Shown: positions 15,001 to 30,000 of the stretch, piece by piece
Position numbering within the stretch: the stretch's first letter is position 1
Layout: each line of letters opens with the position of its first letter
From: Mobula hypostoma
Lineage: Eukaryota
Direction: 5' to 3'
DNA: 64,000 nucleotides
NCBI RefSeq assembly: GCF_963921235.1
Contig: NC_086097.1
Location: 101,372,001 to 101,436,000 of the forward strand
Program-made: the position numbers and the translations under genes
Notes under the pieces: model-generated
Told to the model about the DNA's origin: nothing
Databases searched by the model: none
What the model saw: the letters and a program-made list of their open reading frames with translations, nothing else

Positions 15001-18000
15001 CTCATGGTTACTGCTGGGACATCACTCCGGAATCAGTTCCAGCCTCGTGATCAGTGCTGGGACCTCATGCCAGAATCCAGCTCCTGTCTCATGCTCAGTG
15101 CTGGGACATCACCCCAGAATCCAGCTCCTGCCTTGTGGTCAGTGTTGAGACATCACCCCAGAATCCAGCTCCTGTCTCATGGTCAGTGTTCAGACATCAC
15201 CCCCAAATCCAGCTCCTGTCTCATGGTCAGTGTTGAGACATCACCCCGAAATCCAGCTCCTGTCTCATCGTCAGTGCTGGGACATCACCCCAGAATCCAG
15301 CTCCTGCCTCATGGTCAGTGCTAGTACATCACCCTAGAATCCAGCTCCTGCCTCATGGTTAGTGATAGGGACATCACCCCAGAATCCTGCTCCTGTCTCA
15401 TGGTCAGTGTTGGGATATCACCCCAGAATCCAGCTACTGCCTCGTGGTCAGTGTTGGGACAGCACCCCAGAATCCAGCTCCTGCCTCGTGTTCAGTGCTG
15501 GGACATCACCCCAGAATCCAGCTCCTGTCTCATGGTCAGTGCTAGGACATCACCCCAGAATGCAGCTCCTGCCTCGAGGTCAGTGTTGGGGCATCACCCC
15601 AGAATCCAGCTTCTGTCTCATGGTCAGTGCTGGGACATCACCCTAGAATCCAGCTCCTACCTCATGGTCAGTGCTGGGACATCACCCCAGATTCCAGCTC
15701 CTGCCTCGTGGTCAGTGCTGTGACATCAACCCAGAATCCAGCTCCTGCCTCATGGTCAGTGGTGGGATATCACCCCAGAATCCAGCTCCTGCCTCGTAGT
15801 CAGTGATAGGGACATCACCCCAGAATCCAGCTCCTGCCTCGTGGTCAGTGATAGGGACATCACCCCAGAATCCAGCTCCTGCCTCGTGGTCAGTGTTGGG
15901 ACATCACCCCAGACTCCAGCTCCTGTCTCATGATCAGTGCTGGGACATCACCCAGGAATCCAGCTCCTGTCTCATGGTCAGTGCTAGGACATCACCCCGG
16001 AATCCAGCTCCTGTCTTGTGGTCAGTGTTGGGACATCACCCCAGAATCCAGCTCCTGTCTCATGCTCAGTGTTCAGACATCACCCCCAAATCCAGCTCCT
16101 GTCTCATGATCAGTGTTGAGACAACACCCCGAAATCCAGCTCCTGTCTCATGGTCAGTGCTGGGACAATACCCCAGAATCCAGCTCCTGTCTCATGGTTA
16201 CTGCTGGGACATCACTCCGGAATCAGTTCCAGCCTCGAGATCAGTGCTGGGTCCTCACGCCAGAATCCAGCTCCTGTCTCATACTCAGTGCTGGGACATC
16301 AACCCAGAATCAAGCTCCTGCCTCATGGTCAGTGCTCGGACATCACCCCAGAATCCAGCTCCTGTCTCATGGTCGGTGCTGGGACATCACCCCAGCATCC
16401 AGCTCCTGCCTCGTAGCCAGTGCTGGGACATCACCCTAGAATCCAGCTCCTGCCTCATGGTCAGTGCTGGAACATCACCCCAGAATCCAGCTCCTGTCTC
16501 ATGGTCAATGTTAGGGACATCACCCTAGAATCAGCTCCTGCCTCATGGTCAGTGATAGGCACATCACCCCAGAATCCAGCTCCTGTCTCATGGTCTGTGT
16601 TAGGACATCACCCCGAAATCCAGCTCCTGTCTCATCGTCAGTGCTGGGTCATCACCCCAGAATCCAGCTCCTGCCTCATGGTCAGTGATAGGGACATCAC
16701 CCCAGAATCCTGCTCCTGTCTCATGGTCAGTGTTGGGATATCACCCCAGAATCCAGCTACTGCCTCGTGGTCAGTGTTGGGACAGCACCCCAGAATCCAG
16801 CTCCTGCCTCGTGTTCAGTGCTGGGACATCACCCCAGAATCCAGCTCCTGTCTCATGGTCAGTGCTAGGACATCACCCCAGAATGCAGCTCCTGCCTCGA
16901 GGTCAGTGTTGGGGCATCACCCCAGAATCCAGCTTCTGTCTCATGGTCAGTGCTGGGACATCACCCTAGAATCCAGCTCCTACCTCATGGTCAGTGCTGG
17001 GACATCACCCCAGATTCCAGCTCCTGCCTCGTGGTCAGTGCTGTGACATCAACCCAGAATCCAGCTCCTGCCTCATGGTCAGTGGTGGGATATCACCCCA
17101 GAATCCAGCTCCTGCCTCGTAGTCAGTGATAGGGACATCACCCCAGAATCCAGCTCCTGCCTCGTGGTCAGTGATAGGGACATCACCCCAGAATCCAGCT
17201 CCTGCCTCGTGGTCAGTGTTGGGACATCACCCCAGACTCCAGCTCCTGTCTCATGATCAGTGCTGGGACATCACCCAGGAATCCAGCTCCTGTCTCATGG
17301 TCAGTGCTAGGACATCACCCCGGAATCCAGCTCCTGTCTTGTGGTCAGTGTTGGGACATCACCCCAGAATCCAGCTCCTGTCTCATGCTCAGTGTTCAGA
17401 CATCACCCCCAAATCCAGCTCCTGTCTCATGATCAGTGTTGAGACAACACCCCGAAATCCAGCTCCTGTCTCATGGTCAGTGCTGGGACAATACCCCAGA
17501 ATCCAGCTCCTGTCTCATGGTTACTGCTGGGACATCACTCCGGAATCAGTTCCAGCCTTGAGATCAGTGCTGGGTCCTCACGCCAGAATCCAGCTCCTGT
17601 CTCATACTCAGTGCTGGGACATCAACCCAGAATCAAGCTCCTGCCTCATGGTCAGTGCTCGGACATCACCCCAGAATCCAGCTCCTGTCTCATGGTCGGT
17701 GCTGGGACATCACCCCAGCATCCAGCTCCTGCCTCGTAGCCAGTGCTGGGACATCACCCTAGAATCCAGCTCCTGCCTCATGGTCAGTGCTGGAACATCA
17801 CCCCAGAATCCAGCTCCTGTCTCATGGTCAATGTTAGGGACATCACCCTAGAATCAGCTCCTGCCTCATGGTCAGTGATAGGCACATCACCCCAGAATCC
17901 AGCTCCTGTCTCATGGTCTGTGTTAGGACATCACCCCGAAATCCAGCTCCTGTCTCATCGTCAGTGCTGGGTCATCACCCCAGAATCCAGCTCCTGCCTC

Positions 18001-21000
18001 ATGGTCAGTGATAGGGACATCACCCCAGAATCCTGCTCCTGTCTCATGGTCAGTGTTGGGATATCACCCCAGAATCCAGCTCCTGCCTCATGGTCACTGC
18101 TGGGACATCACCCGAGAATCCAGCTCCTGTCTCATGGTCAGTGTTAGGACATGACCCCAGAAACCAGTTCCTGCCTCATGGTCAGTGATAGGGACATCAC
18201 CCCAGAATCCAGCTCCTGCCTCACGGTCAGTGATATGGACATCACCCCAGAATCCAGCTCCTGTCTCATGGTCGGTGCTGCGACATCACCCCAGAATCCA
18301 GCTCCTGCCTCGTGGTCAGTGATAGGGACATCACCCCAGAATCCAGCTCCTGCCTCACGGTCAGTGATATGGACATCACCCCAGAATCCAGCTACTGTCT
18401 CATGGTCGGTGCTGCGACATCACCCCAGAATCCAGCTCCTGCCTCGTGGTCAGTGATAGGGACATCACCCCAGAATCCAGCTCCTGCATAGAAATTGGTG
18501 CTGCAACATCACCCCAAAATCCAGCTCCTGCCTCATGGTCAGTGCCCGGACATCACCTCAGAATCCAGCTCCTGCCTCATGGTCAGTGCTGGGACGATAC
18601 CCCAGAATCCAGCTGCTGTCTCATGGTTACTGCTGGGACATCACTCCGGAATCAGTTCCAGCCTCGTGATCAGTGCTGGGACCTCATGCCAGAATCCAGC
18701 TCCTGTCTCATCGTCAGTGCTGGGTCATCACCCCAGAATCCAGCTCCTGCCTCATGGTCAGTGATAGGGACATCACCCCAGAATCCTGCTCCTGTCTCAT
18801 GGTCAGTGTTGGGATATCACCCCAGAATCCAGCTCCTGCCTCATGGTCAGTGCTGGGACATCACCCGAGAATCCAGCTCCTGTCTCATGGTCAGTGTTAG
18901 GACATCACCCCAGAAACCAGTTCCTGCCTCATGGTCAGTGATAGGGACATCACCCCAGAATCCAGCTCCTGCCTCGTGATTGGTGCTGCAACATCACCCC
19001 AGAATCCAGCTCCTGCCTCATGGTCAGTGCCAGGACATCACCTCAGAATCCAGCTCCTGCCTCATGGTCAGTGCTGGGACGATACCCCAGAATCCAGCTC
19101 CTGTCTCATGGTCAGTGTTGAAACATCACCCCAGAATCCAGCTCCTGCCTCATGGTCAGTGCTGGGACATCACCCCAGAATCCAGCTCCTGCCTCATGGT
19201 CAGTGTTGAGACATCACCCCAGAATCCAGCTCCTGCCTCATGGTCAGTGCTGGGACATCACCCCAGAATCCAGCTCCTGTCTCGAGGTCAGTGGTGGGAC
19301 ATCACCCCGGAATGCAGCTCCTGCCTCGTGGTCAGTGCTGGGACATCACCCCAGAATCCAGCTCCTGCCTCGTGGTCAGTGCTGGGACATCACCCCAGAC
19401 TCCAGCTCCTGCCTCATGGTCAGTGCTGGGACATCACCCCAGAATCCAGCTCCTGCCTCATGGTCAGTGTTGAGACATCAACCCGAAATCCAGCTCCTGT
19501 CTCATGGTCAGTGCTAGGACGATACCCCAGAATCCAGCTCCTGTCTCATGGTTACTGCTGGGACATCACTCCTGAATCAGTTCCAGCCTCGTGATCAGTG
19601 CTGGGACCTCATGCCAGAATCCAGCTCCTGTCTCATGCTCAGTGCTGGGACATCACCCCAGAATCCAGCTCCTGCCTTGTGGTCAGTGTTGAGACATCAC
19701 CCCAGAATCCAGCTCCTGTCTCATGGTCAGTGTTCAGACATCACCCCCAAATCCAGCTCCTGTCTCATGGTCAGTGTTGAGACATCACCCCGAAATCCAG
19801 CTCCTGTCTCATCGTCAGTGCTGGGACATCACCCCAGAATCCAGCTCCTGCCTCATGGTCAGTGCTAGTACATCACCCTAGAATCCAGCTCCTGCCTCAT
19901 GGTCAGTGATAGGGACATCACCCCAGAATCCTGCTCCTGTCTCATGGTCAGTGTTGGGATATCACCCCAGAATCCAGCTACTGCCTCGTGGTCAGTGTTG
20001 GGACAGCACCCCAGAATCCAGCTCCTGCCTCGTGTTCAGTGCTGGGACATCACCCCAGAATCCAGCTCCTGTCTCATGGTCAGTGCTAGGACATCACCCC
20101 AGAATGCAGCTCCTGCCTCGAGGTCAGTGTTGGGGCATCACCCCAGAATCCAGCTTCTGTCTCATGGTCAGTGCTGGGACATCACCCCAGAATCCAGCTC
20201 CTGCCTCGTGGTCAGTGATAGGGACATCACCCCAGAATCCAGCTCCTGCCTCACGGTCAGTGATATGGACATCACCCCAGAATCCAGCTCCTGTCTCATG
20301 GTCGGTGCTGCGACATCACCCCAGAATCCAGCTCCTGCCTCGTGGTCAGTGATAGGGACATCACCCCAGAATCCAGCTCCTGCCTCGAAATTGGTGCTGC
20401 AACATCACCCCAAAATCCAGCTCCTGCCTCATGGTCAGTGCCAGGACATCACCTCAGAATCCAGCTCCTGCCTCATGGTCAGTGCTGGGACGATACCCCA
20501 GAATCCAGCTGCTGTCTCATGGTTACTGCTGGGACATCACTCCGGAATCAGTTCCAGCCTCGTGATCAGTGCTGGGACCTCATGCCAGAATCCAGCTCCT
20601 GTCTCATCGTCAGTGCTGGGTCATCACCCCAGAATCCAGCTCCTGCCTCATGGTCAGTGATAGGGACATCACCCCAGAATCCTGCTCCTGTCTCATGGTC
20701 AGTGTTGGGATATCACCCCAGAATCCAGCTCCTGCCTCATGGTCAGTGCTGGGACATCACCCGAGAATCCAGCTCCTGTCTCATGGTCAGTGTTAGGACA
20801 TCACCCCAGAAACCAGTTCCTGCCTCATGGTCAGTGATAGGGACATCACCCCAGAATCCAGCTCCTGCCTCACGGTCAGTGATAGGGACATCACCCCAGA
20901 ATCCAACTCCTGTCTCATGGTCGGTGCTGCGACATCACCCCAGAATCCAGCTCCTGCCTCGTGGTCAGTGATAGGGACATCACCCCAGAATCCAGCTCCT

Positions 21001-24000
21001 GCCTCACGGTCAGTGATATGGACATCACCCCAGAATCCAGCTCCTGTCTCATGGTCGGTGCTGCGACATCACCCCAGAATCCAGCTCCTGCCTCGTGGTC
21101 AGTGATAGGGACATCACCCCAGAATCCAGCTCCTGCCTCGAAATTGGTGCTGCAACATCACCCCAAAATCCAGCTCCTGCCTCATGGTCAGTGCCCGGAC
21201 ATCACCTCAGAATCCAGCTCCTGCCTCATGGTCAGTGCTGGGACGATACCCCAGAATCCAGCTGCTGTCTCATGGTTACTGCTGGGACATCACTCCGGAA
21301 TCAGTTCCAGCCTCGTGATCAGTGCTGGGACCTCATGCCAGAATCCAGCTCCTGTCTCATCGTCAGTGCTGGGTCATCACCCCAGAATCCAGCTCCTGCC
21401 TCATGGTCAGTGATAGGGACATCACCCCAGAATCCTGCTCCTGTCTCATGGTCAGTGTTGGGATATCACCCCAGAATCCAGCTCCTGCCTCATGGTCAGT
21501 GCTGGGACATCACCCGAGAATCCAGCTCCTGTCTCATGGTCAGTGTTAGGACATCACCCCAGAAACCAGTTCCTGCCTCATGGTCAGTGATAGGGACATC
21601 ACCCCAGAATCCAGCTCCTGCCTCACGGTTACTGCTGGGACATCACTCCGGAATCAGTTCCAGCCTCGTGATCAGTGCTGGGACCTCATGCCAGAATCCA
21701 GCTCCTGTCTCATGCTCAGTGCTGGGACATCACCCCAGAATCCAGCTCCTGCCTTGTGGTCAGTGTTGAGACATCACCCCAGAATCCAGCTCCTGTCTCA
21801 TGGTCAGTGTTCAGACATCACCCCCAAATCCAGCTCCTGTCTCATGGTCAGTGTTGAGACATCACCCCGAAATCCAGCTCCTGTCTCATCGTCAGTGCTG
21901 GGACATCACCCCAGAATCCAGCTCCTGCCTCATGGTCAGTGCTAGTACATCACCCTAGAATCCAGCTCCTGCCTCATGGTTAGTGATAGGGACATCACAC
22001 CAGAATCCTGCTCCTGTCTCATGGTCAGTGTTGGGATATCACCCCAGAATCCAGCTACTTGCCTCGTGGTCAGTGTTGGGACATCACCCCAGAATCCAGC
22101 TCCTGTCTCATGGTCAGTGCTAGGACATCACCCCAGAATGCAGCTCCTGCCTCGAGGTCAGTGTTGGGGGCATCACCCCAGAATCCAGCTTCTGTCTCAT
22201 GGTCAGTGCTGGGACAACACCCCAGAATCCAGCTCCTTTCTCATGGTCAGTGATAGGGACATCACCCCAGAATCCAGCTCCTGACTCGTGGTCAGTGATA
22301 GGGACATCACCCCAGACTCCAGCTCCTGTCTCATGATCAGTGCTGGGACATCACCCAGGAATCCAGCTCCTGTCTCATGGTCAGTGCTAGGACATCACCC
22401 CGGAATCCAGCTCCTGTCTTGTGGTCAGTGTTGGGACATCACCCCAGAATCCAGCTCCTGTCTCATGCTCAGTGTTCAGACATCACCCCCAAATCCAGCT
22501 CCTGTCTCATGATCAGTGTTGAGACAACACCCCGAAATCCAGCTCCTGTCTCATGGTCAGTGCTGGGACAATACCCCAGAATCCAGCTCCTGTCTCATGG
22601 TTACTGCTGGGACATCACTCCGGAATCAGTTCCAGCCTCGAGATCAGTGCTGGGTCCTCACGCCAGAATCCAGCTCCTGTCTCATACTCAGTGCTGGGAC
22701 ATCAACCCAGAATCAAGCTCCTGCCTCATGGTCAGTGCTCGGACATCACCCCAGAATCCAGCTCCTGTCTCATGGTCGGTGCTGGGACATCACCCCAGCA
22801 TCCAGCTCCTGCCTCGTAGCCAGTGCTGGGACATCACCCTAGAATCCAGCTCCTGCCTCATGGTCAGTGCTGGAACATCACCCCAGAATCCAGCTCCTGT
22901 CTCATGGTCAATGTTAGGGACATCACCCTAGAATCAGCTCCTGCCTCATGGTCAGTGATAGGCACATCACCCCAGAATCCAGCTCCTGTCTCATGGTCTG
23001 TGTTAGGACATCACCCCGAAATCCAGCTCCTGTCTCATCGTCAGTGCTGGGTCATCACCCCAGAATCCAGCTCCTGCCTCATGGTCAGTGATAGGGACAT
23101 CACCCCAGAATCCTGCTCCTGTCTCATGGTCAGTGTTGGGATATCACCCCAGAATCCAGCTCCTGCCTCATGGTCACTGCTGGGACATCACCCGAGAATC
23201 CAGCTCCTGTCTCATGGTCAGTGTTAGGACATGACCCCAGAAACCAGTTCCTGCCTCATGGTCAGTGATAGGGACATCACCCCAGAATCCAGCTCCTGCC
23301 TCACGGTCAGAGATATGGACATCACCCCAGAATCCAGCTCCTGTCTCATGGTCGGTGCTGCGACATCACCCCAGAATCCAGCTCCTGCCTCGTGGTCAGT
23401 GATAGGGACATCACCCCAGAATCCAGCTCCTGCCTCACGGTCAGTGATATGGACATCACCCCAGAATCCAGCTCCTGTCTCATGGTCGGTGCTGCGACAT
23501 CACCCCAGAATCCAGCTCCTGCCTCGTGGTCAGTGATAGGGACATCACCCCAGAATCCAGCTCCTGCCTCGAAATTGGTGCTGCAACATCACCCCAAAAT
23601 CCAGCTCCTGCCTCATGGTCAGTGCCAGGACATCACCTCAGAATCCAGCTCCTGCCTCATGGTCAGTGCTGGGACGATACCCCAGAATCCAGCTGCTGTC
23701 TCATGGTTACTGCTGGGACATCACTCCGGAATCAGTTCCAGCCTCGTGATCAGTGCTGGGACCTCATGCCAGAATCCAGCTCCTGTCTCATCGTCAGTGC
23801 TGGGTCATCACCCCAGAATCCAGCTCCTGCCTCATGGTCAGTGATAGGGACATCACCCCAGAATCCTGCTCCTGTCTCATGGTCAGTGTTGGGATATCAC
23901 CCCAGAATCCAGCTCCTGCCTCATGGTCAGTGCTGGGACATCACCCGAGAATCCAGCTCCTGTCTCATGGTCAGTGTTAGGACATCACCCCAGAAACCAG

Positions 24001-27000
24001 TTCCTGCCTCATGGTCAGTGATAGGGACATCACCCCAGAATCCAGCTCCTGCCTCACGGTCAGTGATAGGGACATCACCCCAGAATCCAACTCCTGTCTC
24101 ATGGTCGGTGCTGCGACATCACCCCAGAATCCAGCTCCTGCCTCGTGGTCAGTGATAGGGACATCACCCCAGAATCCAGCTCCTGCCTCGTGATTGGTGC
24201 TGCAACATCACCCCAGAATCCAGCTCCTGCCTCATGGTCAGTGCCAGGACATCACCTCAGAATCCAGCTCCTGCCTCATGGTCAGTGCTGGGACGATACC
24301 CCAGAATCCAGCTCCTGTCTCATGGTTACTGCTGGGACATCACTCCGGAATCAGTTCCAGCCTCGTGATCAGTGCTGGGACCTCATGCCAGAATCCAGCT
24401 CCTGTCTCATGCTCAGTGCTGGGACATCACCCCAGAATCCAGCTCCTGCCTTGTGGTCAGTGTTGAGACATCACCCCAGAATCCAGCTCCTGTCTCATGG
24501 TCAGTGTTCAGACATCACCCCCAAATCCAGCTCCTGTCTCATGGTCAGTGTTGAGACATCACCCCGTAATCCAGCTCCTGTCTCATCGTCAGTGCTGGGA
24601 CATCACCCCAGAATCCAGCTCCTGCCTCATGGTCAGTGCTAGTACATCACCCTAGAATCCAGCTCCTGCCTCATGGTTAGTGATAGGGACATCACACCAG
24701 AATCCTGCTCCTGTCTCATGGTCAGTGTTGGGATATCACCCCAGAATCCAGCTACTTGCCTCGTGGTCAGTGTTGGGACATCACCCCAGAATCCAGCTCC
24801 TGTCTCATGGTCAGTGCTAGGACATCACCCCAGAATGCAGCTCCTGCCTCGAGGTCAGTGTTGGGGCATCACCCCAGAATCCAGCTTCTGTCTCATGGTC
24901 AGTGCTGGGACATCACCCCAGAATCCAGCTCCTTTCTCATGGTCAGTGATAGGGACATCACCCCAGAATCCAGCTCCTGACTCATGGTCAGTGATAGGGA
25001 CATCACCCCAGACTCCAGCTCCTGTCTCATGATCAGTGCTGGGACATCACCCAGGAATCCAGCTCCTGTCTCATGGTCAGTGCTAGGACATCACCCCGGA
25101 ATCCAGCTCCTGTCTTGTGGTCAGTGTTGGGACATCACCCCAGAATCCAGCTCCTGTCTCATGCTCAGTGTTCAGACATCACCCCCAAATCCAGCTCCTG
25201 TCTCATGATCAGTGTTGAGACAACACCCCGAAATCCAGCTCCTGTCTCATGGTCAGTGCTGGGACAATACCCCAGAATCCAGCTCCTGTCTCATGGTTAC
25301 TGCTGGGACATCACTCCGGAATCAGTTCCAGCCTCGAGATCAGTGCTGGGACCTCACGCCAGAATCCAGCTCCTGTCTCATACTCAGTGCTGGGACATCA
25401 ACCCAGAATCAAGCTCCTGCCTCATGGTCAGTGCTCGGACATCACCCCAGAATCCAGCTCCTGTCTCATGGTCTGGTGCTGGGACATCACCCCAGCATCC
25501 AGCTCCTGCCTCGTAGCCAGTGCTGGGACATCACCCTAGAATCCAGCTCCTGCCTCATGGTCAGTGCTGGAACATCACCCCAGAATCCAGCTCCTGCCTC
25601 ATATTCAGTGCTCGGACATCACCCCAGAATCCAGCTCCTGTCTCATGGTCGGTGCTGGGACATCACCCCAGAATCCAGCTCCTGTCTCATGGTCAGTGTT
25701 GAGACATCACCCCAAAATCCAGCTCCTGTCTCATGGTCAGTGCTGGGACATCACCCCAGAATTCAGCTCCTGTCTCAAGGTTAGTGCTAGGACATCACCC
25801 CGGAATCAGTTCCCTCCTCGAGATCAGTGCTGGGACATCACCCCAGAATCCAGCTCCTGTCACATGGTCAATGCTGGGACATCACCCCAGAATCCAGCTC
25901 CTGTCTCATGGTCAGTGCTGGGACATCACCCCAGAATCCAGCTCCTGTCTCATGGTCAATGTTAGGGACATCACCCCAGAATCAGCACCTGCCTCATGGT
26001 CAGTGATAGGCACATCACCCCAGAATCCAGCTCCTGTCTCATGGTCTGTGTTAGGACATCACCCCGAAATCCAGCTCCTGTCTCATCGTCAGTGCTGGGT
26101 CATCACCCCAGAATCCAGCTCCTGCCTCATGGTCAGTGATAGGGACATCACCCCAGAATCCTGCTCCTGTCTCATGGTCAGTGTTGGGATATCACCCCAG
26201 AATCCAGCTCCTGCCTCATGGTCAGTGCTGGGACATCACCCGAGAATCCAGCTCCTGTCTCATGGTCAGTGTTAGGACATGACCCCAGAAACCAGTTCCT
26301 GCCTCATGGTCAGTGATAGGGACATCACCCCAGAATCCAGCTCCTGCCTCATGGTCAGTGATAGGGACATCACCCCAGAATCCAGCTCCTGTCTCATGGT
26401 CGGTGCTGCGACATCGCCCCAGAATCCAGCTCCTGCCTCGTGGTCAGTGATAGGGACATCACCCCAGAATCCAGCTCCTGCCTCGTGATTGGTGCTGCAA
26501 CATCACCCCAGAATCCAGCTCCTGCCTCATGGACGGTAATAGTGACATTACCCCAGAATCCAGCTCCTGCCTCGTAGTCAGTGCTAGGATATCACCCCAG
26601 AATCCAGCTCCTGTCTCATGGTCAGTGTTGGGGACATCACCCCAGAATCCAGCTCCTGCCTCATGGTCAGTGCTGGGATATCACCCCAGAATCCAGCTCC
26701 TGTCTCATGCTCAGTGGTGGGACATCACCCCAGAATCCAGCTCCTGTCTCGTGGTCAGTGCTGGGACATCACCCCAGAATCCAGCTCCTGCCTCACGGTC
26801 AGTGCTGGGACATCACCCCAGAATCCAGCTCCTACCTCGTGATCAGTGCTGGGACATCACCCCAGATTCCAGCTCCTGCCTCGTGGTCAGTGCTGGGACA
26901 TCACCCCAGAATCCAGCTCCTGCCTCGTGGTCAGTGCTCGGACATCACCCCAGAATCCAGCTCCTGTCTCATGGTCGGTGCTGGGACATCACCCCAGCAT

Positions 27001-30000
27001 CCAGCTCCTGCCTCGTAGCCAGTGCTGGGACATCACCCTAGAATCCAGCTCCTGCCTCATGGTCAGTGCTGGAACATCACCCCAGAATCCAGCTCCTGTC
27101 TCATGGTCAATGTTAGGGACATCACCCTAGAATCAGCTCCTGCCTCATGGTCAGTGATAGGCACATCACCCCAGAATCCAGCTCCTGTCTCATGGTCTGT
27201 GTTAGGACATCACCCCGAAATCCAGCTCCTGTCTCATCGTCAGTGCTGGGTCATCACCCCAGAATCCAGCTCCTGCCTCATGGTCAGTGATAGGGACATC
27301 ACCCCAGAATCCTGCTCCTGTCTCATGGTCAGTGTTGGGATATCACCCCAGAATCCAGCTCCTGCCTCATGGTCACTGCTGGGACATCACCCGAGAATCC
27401 AGCTCCTGTCTCATGGTCAGTGTTAGGACATGACCCCAGAAACCAGTTCCTGCCTCATGGTCAGTGATAGGGACATCACCCCAGAATCCAGCTCCTGCCT
27501 CACGGTCAGAGATATGGACATCACCCCAGAATCCAGCTCCTGTCTCAGGGTCGGTGCTGCGACATCACCCCAGAATCCAGCTCCTGCCTCGTGGTCAGTG
27601 ATAGGGACATCACCCCAGAATCCAGCTCCTGCCTCACGGTCAGTGATATGGACATCACCCCAGAATCCAGCTCCTGTCTCATGGTCGGTGCGGCGACATC
27701 ACCCCAGAATCCAGCTCCTGCCTCGTGGTCAGTGATAGGGACATCACCCCAGAATCCAGCTCCTGCCTCGAAATTGGTGCTGCAACATCACCCCAAAATC
27801 CAGCTCCTGCCTCATGGTCAGTGCCAGGACATCACCTCAGAATCCAGCTCCTGCCTCATGGTCAGTGCTGGGACGATACCCCAGAATCCAGCTGCTGTCT
27901 CATGGTTACTGCTGGGACATCACTCCGGAATCAGTTCCAGCCTCGTGATCAGTGCTGGGACCTCATGCCAGAATCCAGCTCCTGTCTCATCGTCAGTGCT
28001 GGGTCATCACCCCAGAATCCAGCTCCTGCCTCATGGTCAGTGATAGGGACATCACCCCAGAATCCTGCTCCTGTCTCATGGTCAGTGTTGGGATATCACC
28101 CCAGAATCCAGCTCCTGCCTCATGGTCAGTGCTGGGACATCACCCGAGAATCCAGCTCCTGTCTCATGGTCAGTGTTAGGACATCACCCCAGAAACCAGT
28201 TCCTGCCTCATGGTCAGTGATAGGGACATCACCCCAGAATCCAGCTCCTGCCTCACGGTCAGTGATAGGGACATCACCCCAGAATCCAACTCCTGTCTCA
28301 TGGTCGGTGCTGCGACATCACCCCAGAATCCAGCTCCTGCCTCGTGGTCAGTGATAGGGACATCACCCCAGAATCCAGCTCCTGCCTCGTGATTGGTGCT
28401 GCAACATCACCCCAGAATCCAGCTCCTGCCTCATGGTCAGTGCCAGGACATCACCTCAGAATCCAGCTCCTGCCTCATGGTCAGTGCTGGGACGATACCC
28501 CAGAATCCAGCTCCTGTCTCATGGTTACTGCTGGGACATCACTCCGGAATCAGTTCCAGCCTCGTGATCAGTGCTGGGACCTCATGCCAGAATCCAGCTC
28601 CTGTCTCATGCTCAGTGCTGGGACATCACCCCAGAATCCAGCTCCTGCCTTGTGGTCAGTGTTGAGACATCACCCCAGAATCCAGCTCCTGTCTCATGGT
28701 CAGTGTTCAGACATCACCCCCAAATCCAGCTCCTGTCTCATGGTCAGTGTTGAGACATCACCCCGTAATCCAGCTCCTGTCTCATCGTCAGTGCTGGGAC
28801 ATCACCCCAGAATCCAGCTCCTGCCTCATGGTCAGTGCTAGTACATCACCCTAGAATCCAGCTCCTGCCTCATGGTTAGTGATAGGGACATCACACCAGA
28901 ATCCTGCTCCTGTCTCATGGTCAGTGTTGGGATATCACCCCAGAATCCAGCTACTTGCCTCGTGGTCAGTGTTGGGACATCACCCCAGAATCCAGCTCCT
29001 GTCTCATGGTCAGTGCTAGGACATCACCCCAGAATGCAGCTCCTGCCTCGAGGTCAGTGTTGGGGCATCACCCCAGAATCCAGCTTCTGTCTCATGGTCA
29101 GTGCTGGGACATCACCCCAGAATCCAGCTCCTTTCTCATGGTCAGTGATAGGGACATCACCCCAGAATCCAGCTCCTGACTCATGGTCAGTGATAGGGAC
29201 ATCACCCCAGACTCCAGCTCCTGTCTCATGATCAGTGCTGGGACATCACCCAGGAATCCAGCTCCTGTCTCATGGTCAGTGCTAGGACATCACCCCGGAA
29301 TCCAGCTCCTGTCTTGTGGTCAGTGTTGGGACATCACCCCAGAATCCAGCTCCTGTCTCATGCTCAGTGTTCAGACATCACCCCCAAATCCAGCTCCTGT
29401 CTCATGATCAGTGTTGAGACAACACCCCGAAATCCAGCTCCTGTCTCATGGTCAGTGCTGGGACAATACCCCAGAATCCAGCTCCTGTCTCATGGTTACT
29501 GCTGGGACATCACTCCGGAATCAGTTCCAGCCTCGAGATCAGTGCTGGGACCTCACGCCAGAATCCAGCTCCTGTCTCATACTCAGTGCTGGGACATCAA
29601 CCCAGAATCAAGCTCCTGCCTCATGGTCAGTGCTCGGACATCACCCCAGAATCCAGCTCCTGTCTCATGGTCTGGTGCTGGGACATCACCCCAGCATCCA
29701 GCTCCTGCCTCGTAGCCAGTGCTGGGACATCACCCTAGAATCCAGCTCCTGCCTCATGGTCAGTGCTGGAACATCACCCCAGAATCCAGCTCCTGCCTCA
29801 TATTCAGTGCTCGGACATCACCCCAGAATCCAGCTCCTGTCTCATGGTCGGTGCTGGGACATCACCCCAGAATCCAGCTCCTGTCTCATGGTCAGTGTTG
29901 AGACATCACCCCAAAATCCAGCTCCTGTCTCATGGTCAGTGCTGGGACATCACCCCAGAATTCAGCTCCTGTCTCAAGGTTAGTGCTAGGACATCACCCC